Source of the DNA: Elusimicrobiota bacterium | GTDB lineage: Bacteria; Elusimicrobiota; Elusimicrobia; FEN-1173 | Direction: 5' to 3' | Assembly: GCA_022703335.1 (NCBI GenBank) | Contig: JAKLDV010000001.1 | Coordinates: forward strand, 1-62,541 | Length of the DNA stretch: 62,541 bases | Shown: positions 10,047-19,191 of the stretch, piece by piece | How the letters are laid out: each line of letters starts with the position of its first letter | How positions within the stretch are numbered: position 1 is the stretch's first letter | Translations under genes and position numbers: made by a program | Notes under the pieces: model-generated | The model's input: the letters and a program-made list of their open reading frames with translations, nothing else | Database searches by the model: none | What the model was told of the DNA's origin: nothing

Positions 10047-10358
10047 ATGACTGAACAAAACCCGGCGGTCCCGCCGCAGGAGCTTTCCATTGAGATGGAC
10101 GACGCTACGGCCAACGGCGTCTATTCGAATCTGGCGCTCATCACGCATTCTGAGACGGAGTTCGTGCTCGACTTCATTTTCCATTCGCCGCAGCCCCCCA
10201 AGGCCCGGGTGCGCTCCCGCATCATCACCAACCCCGCCCACATGAAACGGTTCCTGTTGGCTTTGCAGGACAACATCTCCCGCTATGAGGCCCGCTTCGG
10301 CCCGATCCGGACCTCCGGCCAGCCGCCGGCCGACAATAAGGTCGGTTTTTTCCACTGA
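10047..10358 (+). CDS. DUF3467 domain protein
   Basis: 103 aa. GVYSNLALITHSETEFVLDFIF...ARVRSRIITNPAHMKRFLLAL matches the DUF3467 pattern. Confidence 0.7.
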   Translation: MTEQNPAVPPQELSIEMDDATANGVYSNLALITHSETEFVLDFIFHSPQPPKARVRSRIITNPAHMKRFLLALQDNISRYEARFGPIRTSGQPPADNKVGFFH

Positions 10359-10375
10359 GGCACGTCCCCCTCGTT

Positions 10376-11668
10376 ATGAACGGGCCGCCTCGGGTTGAGT
10401 TGCTTTGCGTGGGCAGCGAGCTGCTGTCCGGCAAGGTCAACACACACGCCGCCGCCGTGGCCGGCCGTCTGGCGGAGGTGGGGCTGGCCCTTTCGCGCGA
10501 GGTCACCGTCGGGGATGATCCCGCCGAAATGGAGAAGGTCTTTCGGGAGTCCTGGCGGCGGGCCCAGGTGGTCCTTTGCACGGGAGGACTCGGGCCGACC
10601 TTCGACGACCTCACGCGCGACGTTTGGGCCAAGGTGACCCACCGCCCGTTGCGCTTCCAAAAACCGCTCATGGACGACATCCGAAATAAATTCCGCCGCC
10701 GGCGGTGGCCCATGCCGAAGGAAAACCGGCGACAGACCTATGTGTTGGCCGGCGCCGCGGTGATGCAGAACCCTTACGGCACCGCCCCGGGCCAGGTGCT
10801 GGTGGCGGGGGGGAAGGTCCTCGCCCTTTTTCCGGGTCCGGCCCGGGAGTTTTTTCCCATGATGGAGGGAAAATTTTTGCCGTTCCTCCGGACGCGCCTC
10901 CCGCCGCGGACTCGCAAGACGAAGATATACCGGCTCTTCAACTTCTCCGAATCGGCCGTGGACGAGCGATTGGACGGCCTTCGCCGACGGTCGCGCGCGC
11001 CCGGGAAAATCGAAGTCACCTGGGGCATCCTCGCCCAGCGGTTCATCATCGACGTGAAGGTCACGGTGGCCGGTCCCGCGCCGGCGGCGGTGGAATCCGC
11101 GTTGGCGAGGATCCATTCCGCCGTCCTGGCGGAGTTCGGCGGGGATGTTTATGGGTTCGGCGAGGAGACGCTTCAAGAATGCGTCGGCCGGGACCTCAGG
11201 CGACGGAAGGAGACCGTGTCCACGGCGGAGTCGTGCACGGGCGGGTTGGTGGCCGAAAAATTGACCCGCGTTCCCGGCAGTTCCGATTATTTCATGCAGG
11301 GGTCCGTGACCTATTCCAACCGGAGCAAAAGGCGGCTCTTGGGCGTTCGGCAGGAAACGCTCCGGCGGCACGGCGCGGTTTCGGCGGAATGCGCCCGGGA
11401 GATGGCGGCGGGGTGCCGTCGCCGTGCGGGCACCGATTGGGCCTTGGCTCTCACCGGCGTCGCCGGCCCTTCCGGCGGTACCCCGCAGAAACCCGTCGGT
11501 CTGGTGTACATCGCCTTGGCGGGGAAGAGGGGGGTCTCCGTCACCGAACATCGATTTTCCGGGACGCGGGAGGATATCCGCGAACGGAGCGCGCTCACGG
11601 CGCTGGACCGGCTTCGCCGGGCGTTACAGAAAAAACGGTCCGGTGGCCGGTCCGGGACTTCCGGGTGA
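10376..11668 (+). CDS. cinA: CinA family protein (MoCF-binding domain plus nicotinamide-nucleotide amidase PncC domain)
   Basis: 430 aa. N-terminal VELLCVGSELLSGKVNTHA..TGGLGPTFDDLTR and C-terminal STAESCTGGLVA..LTGVAGPSGG. Confidence 0.85.
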   Translation: MNGPPRVELLCVGSELLSGKVNTHAAAVAGRLAEVGLALSREVTVGDDPAEMEKVFRESWRRAQVVLCTGGLGPTFDDLTRDVWAKVTHRPLRFQKPLMDDIRNKFRRRRWPMPKENRRQTYVLAGAAVMQNPYGTAPGQVLVAGGKVLALFPGPAREFFPMMEGKFLPFLRTRLPPRTRKTKIYRLFNFSESAVDERLDGLRRRSRAPGKIEVTWGILAQRFIIDVKVTVAGPAPAAVESALARIHSAVLAEFGGDVYGFGEETLQECVGRDLRRRKETVSTAESCTGGLVAEKLTRVPGSSDYFMQGSVTYSNRSKRRLLGVRQETLRRHGAVSAECAREMAAGCRRRAGTDWALALTGVAGPSGGTPQKPVGLVYIALAGKRGVSVTEHRFSGTREDIRERSALTALDRLRRALQKKRSGGRSGTSG

Positions 11669-11671
11669 ACG

Positions 11672-12448
11672 ATGCGGCAAAAGTGGGGACAGAACTTTCT
11701 CGTCGATAAGAACACGGCCGAACGGATCGTTGAATCGCTGGCCCCGTTTTCAGGGCCGGTCATCGAGATCGGTCCCGGCAAGGGGATCCTCACCGGGCTT
11801 TTGGCCGAGCGGACGTCCGATCTGACCGCGGTGGAGTTGGACAGGGATCTGGCGGCGGGGCTGGCGCAGGGATGGCCGAAGGTCCGCGTGGTGGCGGAAG
11901 ATTTTTTGGAGTGGCCGTTCCCCGCCGGGCCGGGTCCGGTCGCTTTCATCGGAAACCTCCCCTACTCGGCGGCCAACGCGATCTTACGCAAGGTCTTGGA
12001 CTGGACCGGGTGGGACCGGGCGGTGTTCATGGTGCAGAAAGAGGTGGCGGACCGGATCGTCGCGGCGCCGTGCAGTCGGGATTACGGGATTTTGACCTTG
12101 GCGGTGCAGGGAAAAGCGGAGGCGGAGTCTCTGTTCGATGTGCCGCCGAGATGTTTTCAGCCGCGGCCGCAGGTCACCTCCACCGTGGTTCGTCTAAAGA
12201 GATGGCCGGCCTCGAAAATCCGGGATGAAAAGAAATTCTTCCGCGCCGTCCGCGCGGCCTTCGGTCAAAGACGGAAGACCATCGGCAACAGCCTCTCGCG
12301 CGTGCTGGGACTCGAAAAAAACGCCGTGGAGGATTGCCTGAAACGCGCCGGATTCGACGTCGTCCGCCGCGCCGAGACGTTTACCCTCGAGGAGTTCAAC
12401 CGCCTGGCGGAAATCCTGCCGGAAAACGGCCAGGGACAACGCCAATAG
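11672..12448 (+). CDS. rsmA: 16S rRNA (adenine1518/1519-N6)-dimethyltransferase
   Basis: 258 aa. MRQKWGQNFLVD, EIGPGKGILT and GNLPYS motifs. Confidence 0.9.
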   Translation: MRQKWGQNFLVDKNTAERIVESLAPFSGPVIEIGPGKGILTGLLAERTSDLTAVELDRDLAAGLAQGWPKVRVVAEDFLEWPFPAGPGPVAFIGNLPYSAANAILRKVLDWTGWDRAVFMVQKEVADRIVAAPCSRDYGILTLAVQGKAEAESLFDVPPRCFQPRPQVTSTVVRLKRWPASKIRDEKKFFRAVRAAFGQRRKTIGNSLSRVLGLEKNAVEDCLKRAGFDVVRRAETFTLEEFNRLAEILPENGQGQRQ

Positions 12449-12465
12449 GGGGTGTCCGGCCAGGG

Positions 12466-13800
12466 TCACGCCGACTCCAGCGGGATGTCGGCGCAGAAAA
12501 CGAATTCCTGGTTTGCCGCATCCCGGAAAAGACTTGAAACGGTGAGACACAGACTGCCGGAAGCGAGGGAGATGTAGGGCTCGGTGGTGAACCGGTTGAC
12601 GAAGGCGTCGTTGAGAAGATAAAAGTATTCTTTGGCGGAGTGGTCGGCCCCCCGTTTCGCCGGGGCGAAGAGGCTTTTTTTCTTGTACGTTTTTCCCTTC
12701 ATAAACACCGTTTCGGTCACTTGAACGCCGTTTCTGTCCAGGATGTAGGCGCATTCCAGGGAAGGGTGTTTTTCGAGCACCTCGGCCAGTTGGGCGTCGA
12801 AATGTTCCCGAGACGACTTGTTCAGCCCTCGTAAAATCTCGGTCACGAGTTTTTCATGTCCGCGGGCTTGTTCCCGGCGGTCGCTGTTTTTCCTGACGAG
12901 AGTGTCCTTGAGTCCGGCCCCGATCCGGTCCATGGTTCCTTCCAGGAGGGAGCGGGTCTCCGCCGGGTCGCCGTCGGGCGAAAGCCGAAGACCCAGCTCG
13001 ATCATGTCCGCGCCCAGCCCCAGGGCGGACACCGCCTCCTCTTCCCGCTCCATCCCCGTCGCAACGATCAGCGCTCCCAATTTTTTCGACAGGTGGGTCA
13101 ACGCAGTGAAAATCTCCCGGCAGTAATAATCCCGGTCGATGTTCTTTGTGAGGCCGCTCCCGATCTTGAGCAGGTCGGGCCGCGCCAGCATCAGCCGGTT
13201 CATGTTGGAATGCCCGGATCCGACTTCGTTGAGGGCGATGAGGAACCCGTGCCGGCGGTAGGTTTGTATGAATTCCTTCAGGGCCGAGGTGTCGGGGACG
13301 CCGGAGGCCGCGAGTTCGATCACGATGTTGTTCGGGTCGAGGCCCAGGTCGCGCACGAGGCCCGACAGGTGTCCCGAGCCGACCACGTTGGAATCAATGA
13401 TGGCGGTGTCGAGGCGGACGAAAAGAAGGAGGTCGCTGCTCTTCCCCGGAAGTCCTTTGAAGGTTTCCAGGGCTTTTTTTCGGAGGAGTCGGTCCATCTG
13501 CAGGCGGGTGCCGGGAGACGCATCCAGGCGGAGGAGGGCGTTGGCCGGGATATCGGCCCCTGTTTCGGGATCCACCCCGCACCCGACCTCGCTGAGTCCG
13601 ATGAGAGACTTTTTTTTAACGGAAAGGATGGGGTCGAAATAGACCCGGACACTTTCGTTTTTCAGGATTTGAGCGGCTTTTATCTCCATGGGATCCCCTG
13701 ATCCGGTTTCCCCGGCCTCCCGAAAGAATTGCGCCGTCGGAAGACCGGGGAGTTCTTTTTCGTCTCCCGGCTTTTCGGTCGGGAGACGGCGGAGCGTCAT
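12466..13800 (-). CDS. Degenerate EAL-domain protein with C-terminal Cache/PDC-like sensor fold
   Basis: 444 aa (alternative start MEIKAAQ at 13689). It has the EAL-domain layout, but key motifs are substituted: EVG for EAL, NEVGSG for DDFGTG, KIG for KID, TGME for EGVE. The C-terminus (AYILDRNGVQV..EYFY..EPYISLASGSLCLTVS) is Cache/PAS-like. Confidence 0.65.
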   Translation of the reverse strand: MTLRRLPTEKPGDEKELPGLPTAQFFREAGETGSGDPMEIKAAQILKNESVRVYFDPILSVKKKSLIGLSEVGCGVDPETGADIPANALLRLDASPGTRLQMDRLLRKKALETFKGLPGKSSDLLLFVRLDTAIIDSNVVGSGHLSGLVRDLGLDPNNIVIELAASGVPDTSALKEFIQTYRRHGFLIALNEVGSGHSNMNRLMLARPDLLKIGSGLTKNIDRDYYCREIFTALTHLSKKLGALIVATGMEREEEAVSALGLGADMIELGLRLSPDGDPAETRSLLEGTMDRIGAGLKDTLVRKNSDRREQARGHEKLVTEILRGLNKSSREHFDAQLAEVLEKHPSLECAYILDRNGVQVTETVFMKGKTYKKKSLFAPAKRGADHSAKEYFYLLNDAFVNRFTTEPYISLASGSLCLTVSSLFRDAANQEFVFCADIPLESA

Positions 13801-13802
13801 GC

Positions 13803-14936
13803 CTAAAACGCGTAGATGATCTGTGCCCCCACGGTGCTCTGCGTGTCGTCGGGCAAGGTCTTGTTGTCGAAAAAGACCTTTCGGGTGGCGTCGTCTTGGC
13901 GGTATTCCAGCCGATAAATCACCCCGTTGTGTTTGCGTTGAAGCGTGGCGGTGAGGGAATGCAGCACCACCGGCTGGTTCAGCCCCAGCCGAGACTGGTT
14001 GGAAAGTTCGCCCTCGTCGTCAAACGTTTCCCAGCGCAGGGCGGCCGAGGTGTCGTCCGTGAAGCCGTAGACGGCGTAGAGGGCCAGGCCCTGCCAATTG
14101 TAGGTGGTGTTGTCCGCCTGCGCGGAGACCAGTCCCTCTTCGATGCCCCAGTCGTGGTTGGCGATGAGGGTCAACTTGTCCGTCGGGCTCACTTTCAGGA
14201 TGGTATCGACCACGCTTCGGCTGTTTTTTTCGGTGCTGGGGGTGGGCGGGACGGGGGTCGTCTGTTCCGGGCCGTAGGTTCCGCTCACCGTCAGGGATAT
14301 TTTTTCTTTCGGCAGGAGACCCACGCCGGCATGGAGGGTTTTTCCCTTGTTGTTGTCTTGGAGGTTGTCCCAGCCGTTCACGACGCCCAGCATGGTGGTG
14401 AAAGCGTCTCCCCAGGCCTTGTCCCATTTCACGCCGGTGTGGGTGTAGGGGATGGCGTAGGTGAACAGGAAGCCTCGGGAGATGTTGTAGTCGTCCTTGG
14501 CCTCGATCACCTCGGCCCCGTGCTGGGTGACGAATTTCCCGACGGTCACGGTCCCGCGGGTGAGGGGACACGGCACCGTGATGTAGGCCTGTTGGATGTC
14601 CGTTTGCAGTGTCCCGTTGCCGGTGGAGGTGAACCCCGCCGAATGGATCAGGGAGGCGTCGTAGCCGTAATCCACATCCACCCGGTAGCCGACGTTGCTT
14701 TGTGATCGTCCCTCGGCCACCAATTCGGCGTTTTGAAGGGTGAGGGAATTGGCGTTGGCGTCGAACCCGCGCAGGGTGTTGATGGTGCGGCCGTTGAAGT
14801 TGTAGTTGTAGCCGAAGTCGATGAACCCGCTGAAAGCGGGGCCTTCGGCGGCGACCTGCCCGGAGAGGGCGAGAACGGCGGAGAGGGCGGCAAGGACCAA
14901 CCTGTTTCCGATGCGGCGTTTCGGATGTGTGAACAT
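13803..14936 (-). CDS. Outer-membrane porin (OmpL/BBP2-like beta-barrel)
   Basis: Starts MFTHPKRRIGNRLVLAALSAVLALSGQVAA (signal peptide), with AAGGAG upstream of ATG 14936. Alternating beta-strand pattern and terminal ...AQIIYAF. The longer track start at 14987 would overlap the glnA terminator. Confidence 0.65.
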   Translation of the reverse strand: MFTHPKRRIGNRLVLAALSAVLALSGQVAAEGPAFSGFIDFGYNYNFNGRTINTLRGFDANANSLTLQNAELVAEGRSQSNVGYRVDVDYGYDASLIHSAGFTSTGNGTLQTDIQQAYITVPCPLTRGTVTVGKFVTQHGAEVIEAKDDYNISRGFLFTYAIPYTHTGVKWDKAWGDAFTTMLGVVNGWDNLQDNNKGKTLHAGVGLLPKEKISLTVSGTYGPEQTTPVPPTPSTEKNSRSVVDTILKVSPTDKLTLIANHDWGIEEGLVSAQADNTTYNWQGLALYAVYGFTDDTSAALRWETFDDEGELSNQSRLGLNQPVVLHSLTATLQRKHNGVIYRLEYRQDDATRKVFFDNKTLPDDTQSTVGAQIIYAF

Positions 14937-14984
14937 GATATCTCCTTTTGAAGACGAGTAGTCGTCGAGTCGGTGTAACGCGCT

Positions 14985-15033
14985 CAAAAAACGAAGACGT
15001 TCGTCACTATAGCAAAATGACGAACGTCTTCGT
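14985..15033 (-). terminator. Rho-independent terminator downstream of glnA
   Basis: Perfect 16-bp inverted repeat ACGAAGACGTTCGTCA (14991-15006) / TGACGAACGTCTTCGT (15018-15033) with an 11-nt loop. On the minus strand it is followed by a T6 run (plus-strand A-run 14986-14990). Confidence 0.7.
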
Positions 15034-15081
15034 TCGAAATTCGCCGCACGGCCCCGTGCGGCATGGAAACATCCCGCGGGG

Positions 15082-16566
15082 TCAGCAGTCGTAGTAGAGG
15101 TGGAACTCGGCTGGGTGCGGGCGAAGCCGCACGAAGTCGTGTTCCTTCTTCTCCTTGTATTCGATCCAAGTCTCGATGAGCTCTTTGGTGAACACGCCCC
15201 CTTCCAGGAGGAAGGCGTGGTCGTCTTCCAGGGCCTGCAGGGCGGCGTCCAGCGAGCCGGGCACTTGCGGGATCTCCCGCGCCTCGTTGGTGGAGAGCTC
15301 GAAGATGTCCACCTCGTAGGGCTTGCCCGGGTCGATCTTTTTCCGGATGCCGTCCAGCCCGGCCATCAACATGGCGGAAAACGCCAGGTAGGGATTGCTG
15401 GCGGCGTCCGGCGGGCGGTACTCCACGCGTTTTTGTTTGGGTTCGTTGGAATACATGGGGATGCGCACCGCGGCGGAACGGTTCCGGGCCGAATAGGCCA
15501 GGTTGGTGGGCGCCTCGTATCCCGGAACGAGCCGGCGGTAGGAGTTGGTGGTGGAGTTGCAGATGGCGCACAGCGCCGGGGCGTGTTTGAGCAGACCGCC
15601 GATGTACCACAGCGCCAGCTGGGAAACGCCGGCGTACCCCTTCTTGTCGAAGAAGAGGGGGGCGCCGTTCTTCCAGAGGGACTGGTGCGTGTGCATGCCG
15701 GTGCCGTTGTCGCCGAACAGGGGTTTCGGCATGAAGGTGACGGTTTTGCCGTGTTCCCGGGCGACATTTTTAAGGATGTACTTGTAGAGCACCAGCTGGT
15801 CGGCGGCGGAGGTGAGCGTACGAACGCCCACGCCGATCTCGCCCTGTCCACCGGTGGCCACCTCGTGGTGGTGCAGGTCGATGTCCAATCCGGCCTCGAT
15901 CATCCGCAGGATGGCTTCGGAACGGAAATCCTGCAGAGTGTCCATGGGCGGCGTGGGGAAATAGCCCTCCTTGTTGCGGATCTTGTAGGCCAGGTTGGGC
16001 TGCCCCGCGTTGTCCTTGCCGGTGTTCCAGATGCCTTCGACGGAATCCAGCTCGTAGAAAGAGCCGTGCTGGCCCAGGTCGAAACGCGCGCTGTCGAACA
16101 CGAAAAACTCCGCCTCGGGGCCCCACCAGCTCTCGGTGGCGATGCCGGATTTGAGCAGGTACTCTTCGGCCCTCCGCGCGATGCTGCGGGGATCCTTGAG
16201 ATAGCCTTTGCCGCTGACGGGGTCCTTCACGGTGCAGAGGAAAGACAGGGTGGGTATCTTGAGGGCCGGGTCGATGAAGGCCGTGGCCGGATCCGGCAGG
16301 AGGAGCATGTCGGATTCGTTGATGGACTGGAACCCGCGGATGCTGGAACCGTCGAACCCGATGCCTTCGGCGAAGACGCTTTCTTTCAGTTTGTCCGCCG
16401 CGTAGGAGATGTGTTGCATCGTCCCGAGCAGGTCGGTGAACTTGTAGTCCACGATCTTCACGCCGGATTTTCGGGCCCAGGCGACGGCCTCGGCCGCGTT
16501 TTGGGGGTGCTGCCCCTTCGATTTCGATGCGTCCTTGATGCTGGCCTTCGTTTTGTTTGCGTCCAT
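15082..16566 (-). CDS. glnA: Glutamine synthetase, type I
   Basis: 494 aa. VDYKFTDLLG, FDGSSIRGF, MPKPLFGDNGTGMHTHQSLW and NSYRRLVPGYEAP motifs. It has about 25 aa of Lys/Ser-rich N-terminal extension. Confidence 0.95.
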   Translation of the reverse strand: MDANKTKASIKDASKSKGQHPQNAAEAVAWARKSGVKIVDYKFTDLLGTMQHISYAADKLKESVFAEGIGFDGSSIRGFQSINESDMLLLPDPATAFIDPALKIPTLSFLCTVKDPVSGKGYLKDPRSIARRAEEYLLKSGIATESWWGPEAEFFVFDSARFDLGQHGSFYELDSVEGIWNTGKDNAGQPNLAYKIRNKEGYFPTPPMDTLQDFRSEAILRMIEAGLDIDLHHHEVATGGQGEIGVGVRTLTSAADQLVLYKYILKNVAREHGKTVTFMPKPLFGDNGTGMHTHQSLWKNGAPLFFDKKGYAGVSQLALWYIGGLLKHAPALCAICNSTTNSYRRLVPGYEAPTNLAYSARNRSAAVRIPMYSNEPKQKRVEYRPPDAASNPYLAFSAMLMAGLDGIRKKIDPGKPYEVDIFELSTNEAREIPQVPGSLDAALQALEDDHAFLLEGGVFTKELIETWIEYKEKKEHDFVRLRPHPAEFHLYYDC

Positions 16567-16709
16567 GGTGGTCTCCTTCTGGATTGAGGATAGCCCTCAG
16601 AGTTATTCCGTCCGGTCGCGTTTCGAGATGGCCGGCCGGCGACAGAATCCAAAAACACGCCTTGCGGCTGTCGAGACCCCCTCGTCCCCCCTGGGCTTCA
16701 TGTCCCGGC

Positions 16710-16741
16710 AAAAAAAAATCCTCCCCAGTCACTGAGGAGGA
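16710..16741 (-). terminator. Hairpin plus T9 run downstream of the CaCA transporter gene
   Basis: Minus strand reads TCCTCCTC-AGTGACT-GGGGAGGA followed by TTTTTTTTT (plus-strand A-run 16710-16718). The stem has one mismatch. Confidence 0.5.
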
Positions 16742-16830
16742 CGTCTTTGTCCTTGACGAATGAAGCTTATGAAAGCTGCTGTCGCACAACGCTGTGCTAC
16801 AACTACTTTACTACGGAATCGGAGGGTTTG

Positions 16831-18048
16831 TCAAGCTCCCCGCTGTTTTCGAAAAAGCTGGAACAGGCACTGTCGCCGCCGGCCGGAGAAAACGAGGAGG
16901 CCCAGGCCCAGCGCGATGTATCCGTAGGCGTAGACGTAGCGGACCGCTGTGCTGGGGAAGAGGAGCTGCGTGGAGAACAGCACCGCCAACAGGGCGGCTT
17001 CCCACCAGCCGAAGGTGAAATCAATGATCAGCACCAGGGCGAAGAAGGACTGCGCCGAGGTGAGGAACATCTCCTCCGTCTGGCGTTCATCCATATGCAT
17101 GGGGCCCATGTGTCCGGCCGAAAGCGCGAAGACCATCGGCAGCATGCCCACCAGGAGCGTCCACTGGTTCACCTTGGAGGAGATCAGCGTGCCCATGCCG
17201 GCCCCGGCCAGTCCGCGCAGGGCGAAGATGACCGCCACGATGAATTCGGGGGATTCCGACGCCAATGGCGCCAGCCACTGCACGAGGATGAACTCCTCGA
17301 TGCCGAGGGTGCGGCCGGCCTTCAACAGTCCTTCCGCGAAGGGTTCCGCGGCGAAAAAGATGGTGGATCCCGCCAGGAGGAAGAAGAGAGCGGTCCAGAA
17401 GCGCCGCACCGCCGGACGATACCGCGCGATGATTTCTGTCGGTCCCTCCAGTTCCGGCTCGTGGACTTCGGCGTGGATGGCGCCCCAGAGGTAGAAAATG
17501 AAGATTGCCACCAGGATGATGAAATCCACCAGCGACAGGGAGCGTTTCATGGGGATGACGAAACAGTAGACGGTCGCCAGAAGAAGGGCGCGGAACTCGA
17601 TCTTGTGGCCGGGTTCCAGCGTGATGGAATCTTTGCGGGAGCCCCACCAGAAGGCCAAAAGCACCACCGGCCAGCCCAGGCCGATGAGAAGCCGGTTCGA
17701 GCCCGTCATGTTGGCCGTGGCGTAGGCGGTGTATTGGGGGTCTTTGCCGGCCATCCAGGCGAAATACATGTCCACGGCGTATTCGGGAAGGACCGCGATC
17801 AGGGCCAGAAGCAGGAGGGCCAGGGTCTGGGGAAGGTCCAGCTGGAGGAGTTCCGCTCCCCAGGAGAGCACGTAGGCGGCGCCGAAGATGGCGATGCCGG
17901 GGAGGAAGGCGCCGAGAAGGACGTTGTGAAACTCCGCGCCGGAGGCCCGGAGGAAGAGCCATTGGCCGCAGACGAGCGCCATGGCCGAGATGAACAGCCA
18001 GGTCTTCGTCGTGCTTTTATCTTCGGAAATCTTTTCGGACTGGTTCAT
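16831..18048 (-). CDS. CaCA (sodium/calcium exchanger) family cation antiporter
   Basis: 405 aa, polytopic. It has two alpha-repeat-like motifs, AVLPEYAVD and LASESPEFIVA. Confidence 0.6.
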   Translation of the reverse strand: MNQSEKISEDKSTTKTWLFISAMALVCGQWLFLRASGAEFHNVLLGAFLPGIAIFGAAYVLSWGAELLQLDLPQTLALLLLALIAVLPEYAVDMYFAWMAGKDPQYTAYATANMTGSNRLLIGLGWPVVLLAFWWGSRKDSITLEPGHKIEFRALLLATVYCFVIPMKRSLSLVDFIILVAIFIFYLWGAIHAEVHEPELEGPTEIIARYRPAVRRFWTALFFLLAGSTIFFAAEPFAEGLLKAGRTLGIEEFILVQWLAPLASESPEFIVAVIFALRGLAGAGMGTLISSKVNQWTLLVGMLPMVFALSAGHMGPMHMDERQTEEMFLTSAQSFFALVLIIDFTFGWWEAALLAVLFSTQLLFPSTAVRYVYAYGYIALGLGLLVFSGRRRQCLFQLFRKQRGA

Positions 18049-18069
18049 GAAGGCTCCTCCGTGCGTCGG

Positions 18070-19146
18070 CTAGAAATGAAAAAGGACCACGTAATAGATC
18101 GCCATGATCGAAAAGCCGAGCGGCAGTCCGATGACCGCCCACTCCCGGCTGCCGATCTTCAGCTTGCTGGCGGAGATGATGTTGGGGATGTTGCCGGGGA
18201 TCAGCATGCCGCCGGCGATGAGCAGGCCCATCAGGACCGCGCGGATCTGCGGGAGGGCCATCTTCGGGCTGATCTCCGCGGCGGTCAGCGTGGCGTTGTC
18301 CAGGACGGCGGAGACCGTGTTGATCCAGTAGAGCAGGCCGCTCGGGAGGGAGATCACATACGCGTCGATGACCGGCTGGAACCCGGCGCCGAGCAGGACC
18401 AGCGCCATGACGAAAAGATAGATCTTTCCCGCCCGGACGAAGACGTCCCGGAGGGATTCCGGCGCGTCCTGTTCCAGGTGGCTCTTCGGCGTCTCCTTGC
18501 CGGGATGGAACGTCATGGAGAACAACCCCAACGCCACGACCCCCGCCAGGACGCACCAGCCGAGTTCTCTCAGAAGGAACCAGAACCCGGCGTGGAACGG
18601 TTCCCCCTGGAGCTTGGCCACCGCGATGGTGGCCAGGGGTTCGCCCACCGGGGTGAGCACCGCCCCCAGTCCGATGGAAAAACAGGTGACGACCACAAGT
18701 TTCACTTCCGTCTTGCGGTTGAAATGCAGGGCCGTGGCGACCTCGCTCAAGACCAGTGCCGCGATGATGGCGGTGATCACGCTGGAGAGCAGCCCCAGGA
18801 ACACCACCAGGAAAAAGAAGAACAGACGCGTGCCGAGAAGACGTTCCAGCGCCGTGACGTAGCCTCGGATATGGGTGCGGAGCGCGCGGAAGATCAGTCC
18901 GGCGATGAGCACCGCTTCCACGATGGGGTGTTTGAGGCGGATGGGGTCCAGCAGGGCGTCGCGGACGAGATGGCCGCTCCAAAGTCCCGAAATGCTGACC
19001 GCGACGACCCCCATCACGAAGAGGAATATCTCCAGTTCGTGTTCGATCTTCTTGAAGACGAACGGAAGGAGCAATACCGCCAGCAGCACGGCGGAAAGTC
19101 CGGCGGTGATGAGGGGGGAAAGAGGGGCGGCCGCGAGGGTTTCCAT
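18070..19146 (-). CDS. DUF1646-like / ArsB-NhaD superfamily putative cation transporter
   Basis: 358 aa with about 10 TM segments. The family call rests on my recollection of DUF1646 and needs an HMM check. Confidence 0.45.
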   Translation of the reverse strand: METLAAAPLSPLITAGLSAVLLAVLLLPFVFKKIEHELEIFLFVMGVVAVSISGLWSGHLVRDALLDPIRLKHPIVEAVLIAGLIFRALRTHIRGYVTALERLLGTRLFFFFLVVFLGLLSSVITAIIAALVLSEVATALHFNRKTEVKLVVVTCFSIGLGAVLTPVGEPLATIAVAKLQGEPFHAGFWFLLRELGWCVLAGVVALGLFSMTFHPGKETPKSHLEQDAPESLRDVFVRAGKIYLFVMALVLLGAGFQPVIDAYVISLPSGLLYWINTVSAVLDNATLTAAEISPKMALPQIRAVLMGLLIAGGMLIPGNIPNIISASKLKIGSREWAVIGLPLGFSIMAIYYVVLFHF

Positions 19147-19191
19147 GTCAGAGGCGGAAATTATAGTCCATTGGCGCGGAGAAATCCATGC

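Noticed and set aside
16719-16834. TTGACA overlapping the CaCA stop codon plus a downstream hairpin/T9 as a glnA leader attenuator
   Set aside because: The hairpin and T-run are more simply the terminator of the upstream transporter operon. It lies about 145 nt from the glnA ATG, and I see no recognisable antiterminator or riboswitch motif.
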